Source: an uncultured bacterium (lineage in GTDB: Bacteria > CAYJRR01). From it: a DNA stretch of 49,420 nt. Shown here piece after piece: positions 36,711-45,933 of the stretch. The stretch covers positions 1 to 49,420 of the forward strand of contig CAYJRR010000014.1 in the NCBI GenBank assembly GCA_964372275.1, written 5' to 3'. The notes beneath the pieces are model-generated. The model saw only the letters and a list, made by a program, of their open reading frames with translations, searched no databases and was not told the origin of the DNA. The number at the start of each line of letters is the position of its first letter. Within the stretch, counting starts at the first letter, position 1. Position numbers and translations under genes: made by a program.

Positions 36711-38321
36711 ATGTCCTCGATCGTGCTCGCGGCCCTCACCCTCACCTCCCTGTCCTCGTTCGATCGCATCGAGCGGGCGCACGCCGCCGGCGAGATCGAC
36801 GCGCCGACGCGCGCGCTCTTCGCGCTGCGGGCGCTGCGGGCGCCGGAGCGGCTCCCCGAGCGCTTCCGGCCGCTCCCGGGCGAGTCGCGGCCCCGCTGCG
36901 CGACGGCGATCTTCCATGACGCGTTCGCCCGCCTGCGGGAGATGGAGCCGGGGATGGCCGCCGAGGTGCACGCGCTCTCCGCACGGCCGACCTCGATCGG
37001 CTACGTGCAGGCGGCGACGCAGCCGATCCGCGTGCACTACGCCGACAACGGCGACGCCGCCCGCGCGGCGGAGGTGGCCGGCTACGCCGACGAGTCGTGG
37101 GACCTCCAGACCGGGGAGATGGGGTTCCGGGTGCCGCCGACCGACGGCTCGGTCGGGGGCAGCGGCGACTACGACATCTATCTCGAGCGCGGACTGGGAT
37201 ACGCCTACGCCGCGCCGGAGTCGGAGTACGGCGCGACGGCCTGGTCGGACGCGACCTCCTACGTCGTCATCGACCCGGCCGTCACGCCGATCGAATCGTT
37301 CGTTGCGCACGAGCTGAATCACTCGTCCCAGTTCGCCTACGACTACGCCGAAGCCCTCTTGATCTACGAGGCGACGGCGACCTTCATCGAGGACAAGGTC
37401 TACGACGAGGTCGACGACTACGTCTGGTTCGTGGCCGACTTCCAGGGGATGCCGTCCCGCACGCTCTCCTACGCCAGCTACGACGACACCTACATGTACG
37501 GCGCGGCGGTCTGGCTGCACTACCTCGCGGACGTCTACGACGGCGGCGGCACCGACCTGGTCCGCGACATCTGGGAGGGCTCGAAACAGGAGGGGGCGCT
37601 CAACACCCGTGACTACTTCGAGTCGCTAGAAGGCGGCCTGCTGGAGTCGGTGGGCCTCGACGATCTGCGCGCGATGTACGCCGACTTCGCGGCCTACCGC
37701 TGGCTGGCCGGCGACAACGACGACGGGACGATCGACGAGGCGGGGAAATGGGACGAGGTCGACTCCGTCACGTTCGACCTCTCCGACCTGGGCGAATCGG
37801 CCGACCTGGAGGACGCCGACGATCCCCCGATGACGCTCGGCGCCAACTACTACGAAGTGGAGATCGGCGGCGCCGGGAATGACGGAGATTCGCTGGCGCT
37901 TACCGTCGCCGGCGATGACGACACCGCGTGGGGGGTGACGGTGCTCAAGATCCCGGAGTCGGGGGAACCGAAGATCGAGGTCTACTTCGACGAGGACGAA
38001 GACGGGGCGCTGGAGGTCGAGGTGCGCGACACGGCGGAGCTCGAGCGCGTCGTCTTCGCCGTCCTGAACTTGGGGGACGGACCGCTCGTCCCGGACGACC
38101 TCGGGGAGAGCGGACACATCAGCGACGTCTCCGAATACGACTACGACTACGCCCTCTCCTACCGGTCCGATGCCGACGATTCGGAAGGGAAGAACGGCCT
38201 GTTCGCGTGCGATGCCGTCGTAATCGCCCGCCTGCCGGGCGGACGGTCGCTCCCCATCGCCGAGACGGTGCTCCTCTTGGCGGGGGCGGCGTTCGGAGCG
38301 ATCCTGCGCCGCCGACGGTGA
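36711..38321 (+). CDS. Secreted acidic zinc metalloprotease (MXAN_6640/DUF6055-like) with C-terminal membrane sorting signal
   Basis: GGAGG RBS and ATG 36711; RCAT propeptide-like motif, AHELNHSSQF (HExxH), YEATAT; C-terminal Cys + TM + RRRR. Confidence 0.8.
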   Translation: MSSIVLAALTLTSLSSFDRIERAHAAGEIDAPTRALFALRALRAPERLPERFRPLPGESRPRCATAIFHDAFARLREMEPGMAAEVHALSARPTSIGYVQAATQPIRVHYADNGDAARAAEVAGYADESWDLQTGEMGFRVPPTDGSVGGSGDYDIYLERGLGYAYAAPESEYGATAWSDATSYVVIDPAVTPIESFVAHELNHSSQFAYDYAEALLIYEATATFIEDKVYDEVDDYVWFVADFQGMPSRTLSYASYDDTYMYGAAVWLHYLADVYDGGGTDLVRDIWEGSKQEGALNTRDYFESLEGGLLESVGLDDLRAMYADFAAYRWLAGDNDDGTIDEAGKWDEVDSVTFDLSDLGESADLEDADDPPMTLGANYYEVEIGGAGNDGDSLALTVAGDDDTAWGVTVLKIPESGEPKIEVYFDEDEDGALEVEVRDTAELERVVFAVLNLGDGPLVPDDLGESGHISDVSEYDYDYALSYRSDADDSEGKNGLFACDAVVIARLPGGRSLPIAETVLLLAGAAFGAILRRRR

Positions 38322-40747
38322 CCGACGCGCGCTCCCTCGACTTTCTCGATTGGCCCGACCTGCTGGCCGCGCTCTCGGAGCGCGCGCACTCGTCCCGCGG
38401 CCGGGCCCGCTGCCTCGGGCTTCGCCTGGCGGCGACGGCCGCCGAGGCACGCGCCGGCATTGCCCTGGTGACGGAGCTGGTGGGGCTGCTGCGCGAGGTG
38501 GAACTGCCGGGGCTGGCGTTCCCCGAGGTCGAACCGCTCCTCGCGGCCGCGGAAAAAGGGGGCGTCCTCGGCGTCGCCGAGCTGACGGAGGTGGCGAGCG
38601 TTTGCGAGATCGCCGCCGCGACGAAACGGTTCTTCCTCACCCGCGGCGGCGCCGCGTCGGGCGGCGGCGATGCGCCCGGGATCGCGTCGCTCGCGGCGAC
38701 GCTCGACCCGCGCGACGAGATCGCCCACCGCGTCCGCGCGACCTTCGACGCGGCGGGGGAGATCCGCGATTCGGTCTCTCCGGCGCTGGCGCGCCTTCGC
38801 CGGGAACGGGAACAGCTCTCGACCCGCGTGCGCGAGGAGGTCGAGCGGCTGATGACCTCGGCCGAGTTCAAACCTTCGCTCCAGGACCAGTTCGTCACCC
38901 TGCGCGCGGACCGTTACGTCCTCCCGCTGAAGGCCTCCGCCAAGTCGATGGGGCTGGGGATCGTCCACGACACGTCGCGCAGCGGCGAGACGGTCTTCGT
39001 CGAACCGACGGCGGTCGTCGGACTGAACAACCGGCTGAAGGTGGCGGAGCTCGAAATCCGCCGCGAGTCGCGGGCGATCCTCGAGGCGTTGACGCGGCGG
39101 GTGGCCGAGGCGGCGGCGACGCTACGCGCGAACCTCGAAACGCTGACGGCGCTCGACGTGCTGGCGGCGAAAGCGCGCCTGTCGATCGAGTTCGCGGGCA
39201 CAGCGCCGGAGGTGGTCGACGCGTGCGAGATCCTGCTCCGTCGCGCGCGGCACCCGCTGCTCGCGCTGCGCGCCGCGACCGAGGGGTTCGAGGTCGTCGC
39301 CAACGACCTCGCGCTCGGCGGGGCCGAACGCGGTGCGGCGTCCGCCGGCGCCGGCGCGCGCGTGCTGGTCGTCTCGGGACCGAACGCCGGCGGGAAGACT
39401 GTCCTGCTCAAGACGGCCGGCCTGGCGGCGCTCCTCGCGCGCGCCGGGATGCACGTTTCGGCCGCCCCCGGCAGCCGCGTCGGTCTGTTCGACCCGGTGC
39501 TCGCCGACATCGGCGATCAGCAGACGCTTGCCGGCGGATTGTCGACCTTCTCCGCGCACCTCGCGAACGTCGCCGCGATCCTCGCCGACGCCGCGGCGTC
39601 GAAACGCCCACTGGTCCTGGTCGACGAGCTGATGGTCGGGACCAATCCGGAACAGGGGGCGGCGCTCGCGCGCGCGGTGCTGGAGCGGATGGCCGACCTG
39701 CCGGGGCTGACGATCACCACCACGCACTACGACGGGCTCAAGGCGCTGGCCCACGACGACCCGCGCTTCCGGAACGGCTCGATGGAGTACGACCTGCACG
39801 CCCTGCGACCGACCTACCGCCTCCGCGACGGGCTCCCCGGGCGTTCCTACGCGCTCGACATCGCTCAGCGGATGGGGATCCCGGCCGCGGTCCTGGAGCG
39901 CGCGACGGCCCTGGCCGGCGGCGCGACCGTCGGCCTGGAGGAGGTGATCGCCCGCCTCGAATCGCGCGACGCCGAGCTCGCCCGCGAATCGGACGCCCTG
40001 TCGCGCGCCCGCCACGAAGCCGAAACCGCCGCCGAGGCGCACCGCGAGGCCGCCGAGGCGCTCCGTGCCGCGGAGCGGGAGCTTTCGCGTCACGCTCGCG
40101 AAGCGGTCGACGAGGCGGTGCGCGAGACGCGCGACGCGCTCAAGGCGATCGTCCGCGACGCGCAAGCCGCCGGCACCGCCCGCGCCGCCGAGAGCGCGCG
40201 GCGCGCGGCCGAGGCCACGGCCCAGGCCGCGCTCGCGGCCCTCCCCACCGACCCGGTCCCCCCGCCCGGCGGCGTGGAGCCGACCGCCGGTTCGGACGTC
40301 TACGTCCCGTCCCTCCGCTCGAACGCCGTGGTGTCGCGCGCGCGCGATGCGCGGGGTCGCGTCAAGGTCGCCGTCGGCGCGCTCTCGTTCGACGTCGACG
40401 CCGCCGAGCTCGAGCCCCCGCGCGGAGCCCGCGCCCGCCCGGCGGCGAATCCGACGAGCGCCGGCGCGGACACCGACGCCGACGCCACCGACTACACGAC
40501 GCCGACCGCCGAAACGACGCTCGACCTGCGCGGCCTGCGCGCCGACGAAGCGGTCGCGGAGGTGGAGCGCTTCCTCGACCGCTGCAGTCTCGCCGGCCGC
40601 TCCCCGGTCTTCGTCGTGCACGGGTACGGCACCGGGGCGCTCCGCAAGTCGGTCCGCGACTACCTCGCCCGCTCCCCCTACGTCCGCCGCTGGCGGCCCG
40701 GCAGCGACCGGCAAGGGGGGGACGGCGTGAGCGTCATCGACCTGTAG
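38318..40747 (+). CDS. mutS2: MutS2 with C-terminal Smr domain
   Basis: GIVHDTSRSGETVFVEP, GPNAGGKT, LSTFSAH, DELMVGTNP, TTHY, LDLRG...VHGYGTGALR; GTG overlaps upstream stop. Confidence 0.93.
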   Translation: MTDARSLDFLDWPDLLAALSERAHSSRGRARCLGLRLAATAAEARAGIALVTELVGLLREVELPGLAFPEVEPLLAAAEKGGVLGVAELTEVASVCEIAAATKRFFLTRGGAASGGGDAPGIASLAATLDPRDEIAHRVRATFDAAGEIRDSVSPALARLRREREQLSTRVREEVERLMTSAEFKPSLQDQFVTLRADRYVLPLKASAKSMGLGIVHDTSRSGETVFVEPTAVVGLNNRLKVAELEIRRESRAILEALTRRVAEAAATLRANLETLTALDVLAAKARLSIEFAGTAPEVVDACEILLRRARHPLLALRAATEGFEVVANDLALGGAERGAASAGAGARVLVVSGPNAGGKTVLLKTAGLAALLARAGMHVSAAPGSRVGLFDPVLADIGDQQTLAGGLSTFSAHLANVAAILADAAASKRPLVLVDELMVGTNPEQGAALARAVLERMADLPGLTITTTHYDGLKALAHDDPRFRNGSMEYDLHALRPTYRLRDGLPGRSYALDIAQRMGIPAAVLERATALAGGATVGLEEVIARLESRDAELARESDALSRARHEAETAAEAHREAAEALRAAERELSRHAREAVDEAVRETRDALKAIVRDAQAAGTARAAESARRAAEATAQAALAALPTDPVPPPGGVEPTAGSDVYVPSLRSNAVVSRARDARGRVKVAVGALSFDVDAAELEPPRGARARPAANPTSAGADTDADATDYTTPTAETTLDLRGLRADEAVAEVERFLDRCSLAGRSPVFVVHGYGTGALRKSVRDYLARSPYVRRWRPGSDRQGGDGVSVIDL

Positions 40748-41210
40748 GGTCGCGGGCCATCATGTTGAGGACGACGCCGAGAACGGCAAGCAACGTCGGG
40801 GTGAACCGACCTTGGCGCGCGGTCGGCTGCGGACCGCGGAAGGCGAACGTCGGGGCGAAGGCCCAGGCGCTCAGCGCGGCGGGGAGCAGGGCGAAGACGA
40901 GCGGCTTGGTCAAGGGGTAGCGCCCGGCGAGCTCCACCGCCGGTTGGAAGGCGCTGGCGGCGATCGTCCAGACGAACAGGACGCCGCGGGCGGAGCGGAG
41001 CGGGATGCGAAGGCGCCACCGCTCCCAGCCCAGGAGCGCGACGGCGACGAGGAGGAACCCGACGCTCCCGGCGATCTCCCACCGCCGCCCCCAGCCGAGC
41101 TCGGGGATCGCCGCCGCGCAGGCGAGGACGGCGAGCGCCACCAGGCACCAGTGCACGGCGGCATAGAGGATCGACCGTGCGCGCGGCGGCTCGGGGGACG
41201 TCTCGCTCAT
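40734..41210 (-). CDS. Hypothetical integral membrane protein (158 aa)
   Basis: About 5 hydrophobic segments; ATGA coupling with upstream lipoprotein gene. Confidence 0.65.
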   Translation of the reverse strand: MSETSPEPPRARSILYAAVHWCLVALAVLACAAAIPELGWGRRWEIAGSVGFLLVAVALLGWERWRLRIPLRSARGVLFVWTIAASAFQPAVELAGRYPLTKPLVFALLPAALSAWAFAPTFAFRGPQPTARQGRFTPTLLAVLGVVLNMMARDPTGR

Positions 41211-41605
41211 GGGGCCTGCGAGCTGTTCGCGATCGCCGGCCGGGCGCCGTCGGCGGTCGGCTCGTCCGCCTTGAACCAGCGCTCCTCGCGATCGAGGGCG
41301 TAGACGTAGTCCCAGATCGCATCGCCGACCTTCGTCCCGTCGGACCTGTCGAAGTGCCACTGGATCCGAACGTAGGCGACCCACGGCCGGTCGGGGTTCT
41401 GCGTCGGGAGCATCGACATGATGCTCTGCCGGACGAAGCTCGCCCGAAGGTCGGGGCGCGCCGGATCGGAGCTCTGCGCCTCGATCGCCAGCGCCGGCCG
41501 GTCCTGGCCGAGCTGCGCCTCGAGCCGACCGATCTGCTTGGCGCGGAAGTCCTCGCGGTAACAGCCCGCGGCCGCGGCCGCGAGGAGGATCCAACGCGCG
41601 ATCAC
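41207..41605 (-). CDS. Hypothetical lipoprotein
   Basis: GTG 41605, ILLAAAAAGC lipobox, protein-like composition. Confidence 0.65.
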   Translation of the reverse strand: MIARWILLAAAAAGCYREDFRAKQIGRLEAQLGQDRPALAIEAQSSDPARPDLRASFVRQSIMSMLPTQNPDRPWVAYVRIQWHFDRSDGTKVGDAIWDYVYALDREERWFKADEPTADGARPAIANSSQAP

Positions 41606-41729
41606 CGCGCCTGCCCGTGCTGTAACAACCTGCCCGAAATCCGGCCGCACCACTCCGGGAGCATAGCCTAGAGCCGATGCCGGTCACCGAAGGTCCGATG
41701 CGGACCCGGCGGGGCCATCCTCACGGAAC

Positions 41730-41794
41730 GGGAAATTGGAAATGGAAAACCGACAACGTTCTGGTCATTGTCGGTTTTCCATTTCCAATTTCCC
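41730..41794. repeat. Perfect 27-bp AT-rich inverted repeat
   Basis: GGGAAATTGGAAATGGAAAACCGACAA-N11-TTGTCGGTTTTCCATTTCCAATTTCCC. Confidence 0.92.
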
Positions 41795-41862
41795 ATTCTC
41801 CATTCCTCCCGGCCGCCGCCGGGCCGACAAGGGCGGCGTCCGCGGCGTGCTACGGTGGGCGG

Positions 41863-42549
41863 GTGACCCAAGCGCAGCGAAGCCCCGCCGGCGCGCTCCT
41901 TCGTGCGCTCGCATTGTGTTGCCTGCTCGCCGGGGCGATCACCGCCGTCTTCGCGCTGAAGGCCTCCCTGCCCTTCGAGGCGATCCTGGCGGGGAGCGTG
42001 CTCGCCGGCATCCCGCTGCTGGTCGCGATCCACCGGGGATGGGTCCGCTTCCTCGCCGCGCGGCGCCTGCACCACGCGCGGGCACGCGCGCGGGCCCATC
42101 CCGACGACGCCTCCGCGCACTACGAGCTGGGGGTCCTCTGCTCGCTCTACGGTTCGGGTGAGGAGTCGCGCGCGGCGTTCGAACGGACGCGCGAGCTCGT
42201 CCCGGGTCACGCCGCGGCGACGGTCGGCCTCGGTCACCTGCACGCCGAGGCGGGCGAGCTCGACGAGGCGCTCGGTCTGTTCACCTCCGCCGCGGAGTCC
42301 GACCCGACGCTCTTCTCGGCGCACTTCGGGATCGGCCAGGTCCATCGCCTGCGCGAACAGCACGCCCGCGCGATCCAGGCCTACGAGCGCGCGCTCGCCC
42401 TCGAGCCGGAGGACCCCTACACCCTCCACGAGCTCGCCCGCTGCCACCTCGACCTCGGCGACGCCGAGCGGGCCACCGACTATCGCGACCGCGCCGCGCG
42501 CCTCGGCGTGCGCGACGGAGAGCTCGACCGGCAACTCCGCGGGACGTGA
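41863..42549 (+). CDS. Membrane-anchored TPR protein
   Basis: Two N-terminal TM helices then TPR repeats (AHYELG, AHFGIG, AIQAYERALALEP). Confidence 0.85.
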   Translation: MTQAQRSPAGALLRALALCCLLAGAITAVFALKASLPFEAILAGSVLAGIPLLVAIHRGWVRFLAARRLHHARARARAHPDDASAHYELGVLCSLYGSGEESRAAFERTRELVPGHAAATVGLGHLHAEAGELDEALGLFTSAAESDPTLFSAHFGIGQVHRLREQHARAIQAYERALALEPEDPYTLHELARCHLDLGDAERATDYRDRAARLGVRDGELDRQLRGT

Positions 42550-42564
42550 GGCGGCGGGCGTACG

Positions 42565-42677
42565 GGATCCGAACCGATCGGTACCGGTATCCGAGCCGGA
42601 CCGAACCGGTCCGATCGGATCCGATCGGGTCGGACCCGATACGGCTACCGATCCGGGTCGGGTCGGATCGAATCGGT
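42565..42677. repeat. Degenerate pentamer (CCGAN/NTCGG) array, self-complementary
   Basis: Runs of ccgaa/ccgat/ccgga then tcgga/tcggg; central 18-bp palindrome CCGATCGGATCCGATCGG at 42611-42628; between convergent genes. Confidence 0.8.
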
Positions 42678-43250
42678 GCGGGGCCGGGCCCATGCGGTGA
42701 CCTTCTCGTGGTGGAGCGCGGCGATCATCGCCAGCGAGAAGAGCACCGGACAGCAACCCGACGACGGACCGGCGGCGAGGAGGCCGGCGACCTCGGGCAA
42801 GGAGAGGCTCGAGGCGTCAAGCGACGGCAGGACCGCCGCGAGGTTGGCCCCGACGACCGCGACGAACGCCACGACCGAGCTCCACGCGGCGACGAGGCCC
42901 ACGCGCCGGCCCCACGGTTGCGAAAGCAGCAGGCCGGTCCCGGAGGCGCCGACGGCGATGGCAATCGCCATCCAGACGGCGAGTGAGCCGTAGAAGACGG
43001 CCCGCGCGATCGGCCGTTCGAGCACCGCCTCCAGCGCCGCCTCTCCCAGGATCGCCTCTGGCCGCACCACGCGAAGCCCGCCGGCGCACAGCGAGAGAAA
43101 CGCGACCGACAACGACGCCGCGCCCAGCCACGGCACCGCCGCGGGCGGTTTCGAGGACCCTCCCGAGGAGACTCGAAGGGCCGGTGGATCCGGGGGCTCC
43201 GGGGGGCCACCCGGGGGAGCCCGAGGGGCGGGGCCGACCGGACGCGTCAC
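42645..43250 (-). CDS. Hypothetical 4-TM membrane protein
   Basis: Hydrophobic helices, GLLLSQPWGRRV motif; start and stop both run into repeats so ends are uncertain. Confidence 0.6.
   Translation of the reverse strand: MTRPVGPAPRAPPGGPPEPPDPPALRVSSGGSSKPPAAVPWLGAASLSVAFLSLCAGGLRVVRPEAILGEAALEAVLERPIARAVFYGSLAVWMAIAIAVGASGTGLLLSQPWGRRVGLVAAWSSVVAFVAVVGANLAAVLPSLDASSLSLPEVAGLLAAGPSSGCCPVLFSLAMIAALHHEKVTAWARPRTDSIRPDPDR
43192..43231 (+). repeat. Double-hairpin dispersed repeat, copy E (in 5' part of membrane protein CDS)
   Basis: GGGGGCT-CCGGG-GGGCCA-CCCGG-GGGA-GCCC-GAG-GGGC-GG. Confidence 0.75.
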
Positions 43251-43257
43251 GCCGCCC

Positions 43258-44154
43258 TCACGCCTGGCACACCTCGTAGAGATCGCACGGCACGCAGATC
43301 CGCGCGTTCCGTTTGGCGGGGCACAGGTCGAGGATCCCCAGGCGGCAGAGCGCGAAGTCGTACCGCACCGGGTCGATCGGATCGAGCCTCCGCAGATGCG
43401 TGGTGATCTCCTCGGCCGCCTTCCAGTCGGCCTGCCGCCGCGCCGTGAGGCCGAGGTACCGCGACAACCGATAGGTGTGGGTGTCGAGCGGCAGGAGGAG
43501 CTTCGACGCCGGCACCTCCGGCCACAGTCCCAGGTCGAGGCCATCGGCCGGGCGGACGACCCATCGCAGGAAGAGGAGCATCCGCTTGCAGGCGCTTCCG
43601 TCCGCAGGCGACGAGAGGAGGAAGCGGACCGGCGCGCCATCCGGGATTCGGCCGCCGGGATGGAAGGGGCGCGGATCGCCGCCGAGGATCGACGCGACGA
43701 ACCGGGTGAGCGCGGGACCGACGTGCGGCTCGGACCGGTCGAAACCGGCGAGGAAGAGGCGGCGCAGGTCGCCGTGCCGCCGGACCGCCTGCGACAACAG
43801 CGAGAGGAACAGGGCGAGGTCGCGACCGCCGTGGAAGCGATGGCGGAACCCCCGGAAGCGGACGCGATCGCGCGCGGGATCGAAGTCGTCGAGGAAGCGG
43901 CGCGGCCGGGGACCGATCGCGGCGAGGATCCGCTCCAGCGCGCGGAAGATGAGCGGCACGCTCCCGTAGGCGAACGCGGCGGCCAGCAGGGCCACGACCT
44001 CCCGATCGCGCGGATCGGCATAGCGGTGCGGGAACTTGAGCGGATCGGTCTCGAGGAACCGGCGATCGAAGCGGCCGGCGAGCCGCTCCAGCGTCGCCTT
44101 CAGGCGACGGTCCGGCGCGGGCTCGGTCACGACCGGCAGGGGGGCGGCGGCCAC
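43258..44154 (-). CDS. TIGR02757/DUF2400 family protein (HhH-GPD-like) with C-terminal Cys cluster
   Basis: DPLKFPHRY, EVVALLAAAFAYG, SACKRMLLFLRWVVR, DLGLW, PLDTH, DPVRYDFAL. Confidence 0.9.
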   Translation of the reverse strand: MAAAPLPVVTEPAPDRRLKATLERLAGRFDRRFLETDPLKFPHRYADPRDREVVALLAAAFAYGSVPLIFRALERILAAIGPRPRRFLDDFDPARDRVRFRGFRHRFHGGRDLALFLSLLSQAVRRHGDLRRLFLAGFDRSEPHVGPALTRFVASILGGDPRPFHPGGRIPDGAPVRFLLSSPADGSACKRMLLFLRWVVRPADGLDLGLWPEVPASKLLLPLDTHTYRLSRYLGLTARRQADWKAAEEITTHLRRLDPIDPVRYDFALCRLGILDLCPAKRNARICVPCDLYEVCQA

Positions 44155-44166
44155 GAGCCCACTCTA

Positions 44167-44206
44167 GGAGTTCGGGGAGGCCCCGAGGAAGCCCGAAGGG
44201 CGAACC
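44167..44206 (+). repeat. Double-hairpin dispersed repeat, copy F
   Basis: GGAGT-TCGGGG-AGG-CCCCGA-GGAA-GCCC-GAA-GGGC-GAACC; intergenic. Confidence 0.85.
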
Positions 44207-44385
44207 GTCCGGACCGACGACCGGGATGCGGCGGGCGGACGGGCCGATTGGATTTCTTACGCGATGGGATGGGCGCGCGTGCCTCGCCGCCCCGACGCGC
44301 ATGCGGACGACGCCGTCGAAACCATGAATGATCGCTCAGTTGCGGTGACACCGGCTTCGGAACGCCGATTGCTTCGGGCCGGCGC

Positions 44386-45735
44386 ATGGTTCGAACCCAC
44401 TCGCTCCTTCTCCTCCTCTTCCTTTCCGGCGCCTGCTCCGATCCCGCTCCGCGCGATCTCCTCTACGTCGACGACCTCGACGACGGGAAGAAGGGGCGCG
44501 GCACGAAGGACGATCCCTACCGCCACTTGCAGGACGCGATCGACGCCGCAGCCGACGGCGCGACGATCGTGATTCGCGAAGGGGAGCACCGCGCCGAGCC
44601 GCGCCCGTACGTCGATCCGACCTGCGGCAATTGCGACCACGACGAGTTCCGAACCCCCGCCGACGCGACGGTCGGCTTCCGCGTGAAGGGGAAGGCGGTC
44701 CATCTCGTCGGCGACTCGCGCGAACGAACCGTCCTCTCGACCGGGGCCGGCTACGGACTGCTCTTCGAGCGTGCGGGAAGCTCCTCGGTCGAGCGGCTCA
44801 CCGTCACCGACGGCGTGCGCGACGCCGACGGGCGGGCGACCGACGCGGCGATCGTCGTCCGCCACACCGCGCTCCGCGTCGAGGCGGTCGATCTGGTCGA
44901 CAACGACGACCTCTACGACGGAGAGCCCGATCCGGTGGTCGGGATCATGGGGATCGCCGGCCGCGAGGGGGCCGATCTGGTGGTCGTCGGCTCCCGGATC
45001 GAGGACAACAGCTGGGACGGGATCGCCCTCTACAACAGCGATCCGGAGGTCCCCGGATCGGCCGCGCGGGCGACGATCGTCGGCAACGTGATCGGCTGCA
45101 CCCGCAACTGCGTCCACCCGCGCGGGCGGGGCGTCGGGATCGGCGTCACCTGGGACGCGGAGGCCTCGATCGTCAACAACCGGGTTCACCACTATTGGAA
45201 GGGGATCGGCTCCTTCGGCGAGTCGACGGTGGTCGCGACCAACAACCTCGTCCACGACCAGTGGGGCTGGGGGGTGATCGCCGCCGGCGAATCGACGATG
45301 ACGGCGGTGAACAACGTCATCGCCGACAACGGAACGACCGGGCTGTCCGCGTGGACCGAAGAGTCCCGCACGACATTCGTCAACAACGTCGTGACCGGAA
45401 ACGGATGGAACGACGACGAGTGGGTCGGCAAGCGCACCGGCGCCTGGCTGAACGCGGACGAGGTCGACTTCCGCTACAACGACGTCTGGGGGAACGTGCC
45501 GGTCGACGCCTGCCGCGGCGGCGTCCCCGGCGGCTCGGCATGCGAATCGATCGAGTTCGCCGGTGTCGAGGGGAACTTCGCCGCCGATCCGGTCTTCTCC
45601 GGCGACGAGTCGTACCGGCCCGGCGAGGGCTCGCCGCTCGTCGACGCCGGAGACCCGGCGATCGCCGACGCCGACGGATCGCGCAGCGACGTCGGCGCCC
45701 ACGGCGGCCCCGACGCCGGCCGCACCGTGCCGTAG
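44386..45735 (+). CDS. Right-handed parallel beta-helix lipoprotein (pectin lyase-like fold)
   Basis: Lipobox LSGAC; GTKDDPYRHLQDAID; NN-ladder repeats; GNFAADPVF...SPLVDAGDP...RSDVGAHGG C-terminus. Confidence 0.85.
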   Translation: MVRTHSLLLLLFLSGACSDPAPRDLLYVDDLDDGKKGRGTKDDPYRHLQDAIDAAADGATIVIREGEHRAEPRPYVDPTCGNCDHDEFRTPADATVGFRVKGKAVHLVGDSRERTVLSTGAGYGLLFERAGSSSVERLTVTDGVRDADGRATDAAIVVRHTALRVEAVDLVDNDDLYDGEPDPVVGIMGIAGREGADLVVVGSRIEDNSWDGIALYNSDPEVPGSAARATIVGNVIGCTRNCVHPRGRGVGIGVTWDAEASIVNNRVHHYWKGIGSFGESTVVATNNLVHDQWGWGVIAAGESTMTAVNNVIADNGTTGLSAWTEESRTTFVNNVVTGNGWNDDEWVGKRTGAWLNADEVDFRYNDVWGNVPVDACRGGVPGGSACESIEFAGVEGNFAADPVFSGDESYRPGEGSPLVDAGDPAIADADGSRSDVGAHGGPDAGRTVP

Positions 45736-45850
45736 CCCGGTCTCGGGCGACGGCAATGGCGCAATGTGTCATTTCTGCCGGGACATCGACGGGTCAACCG
45801 GGCGTCGTCCCCGACGCGGCACCTCGACGGCGAAGTTCGTTTTTCTTGTT

Positions 45851-45905
45851 TTTCAACGGCTTACCTCAACCTTGGCGCATCACGGCGGATGGCTCGCCTC
45901 TTGCT
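45851..45905 (+). promoter_or_regulatory. IHF-like site plus sigma54 promoter
   Basis: TTTCAACGGCTTA (45851-45863; WATCAA-N4-TTR with 1 mismatch) after a T-rich tract; TGGCTC-GCCTC-TTGCT at 45890-45905. Confidence 0.7.
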
Positions 45906-45933
45906 CGACCGGCTCCGCGTCGGAGGAAGAGAG

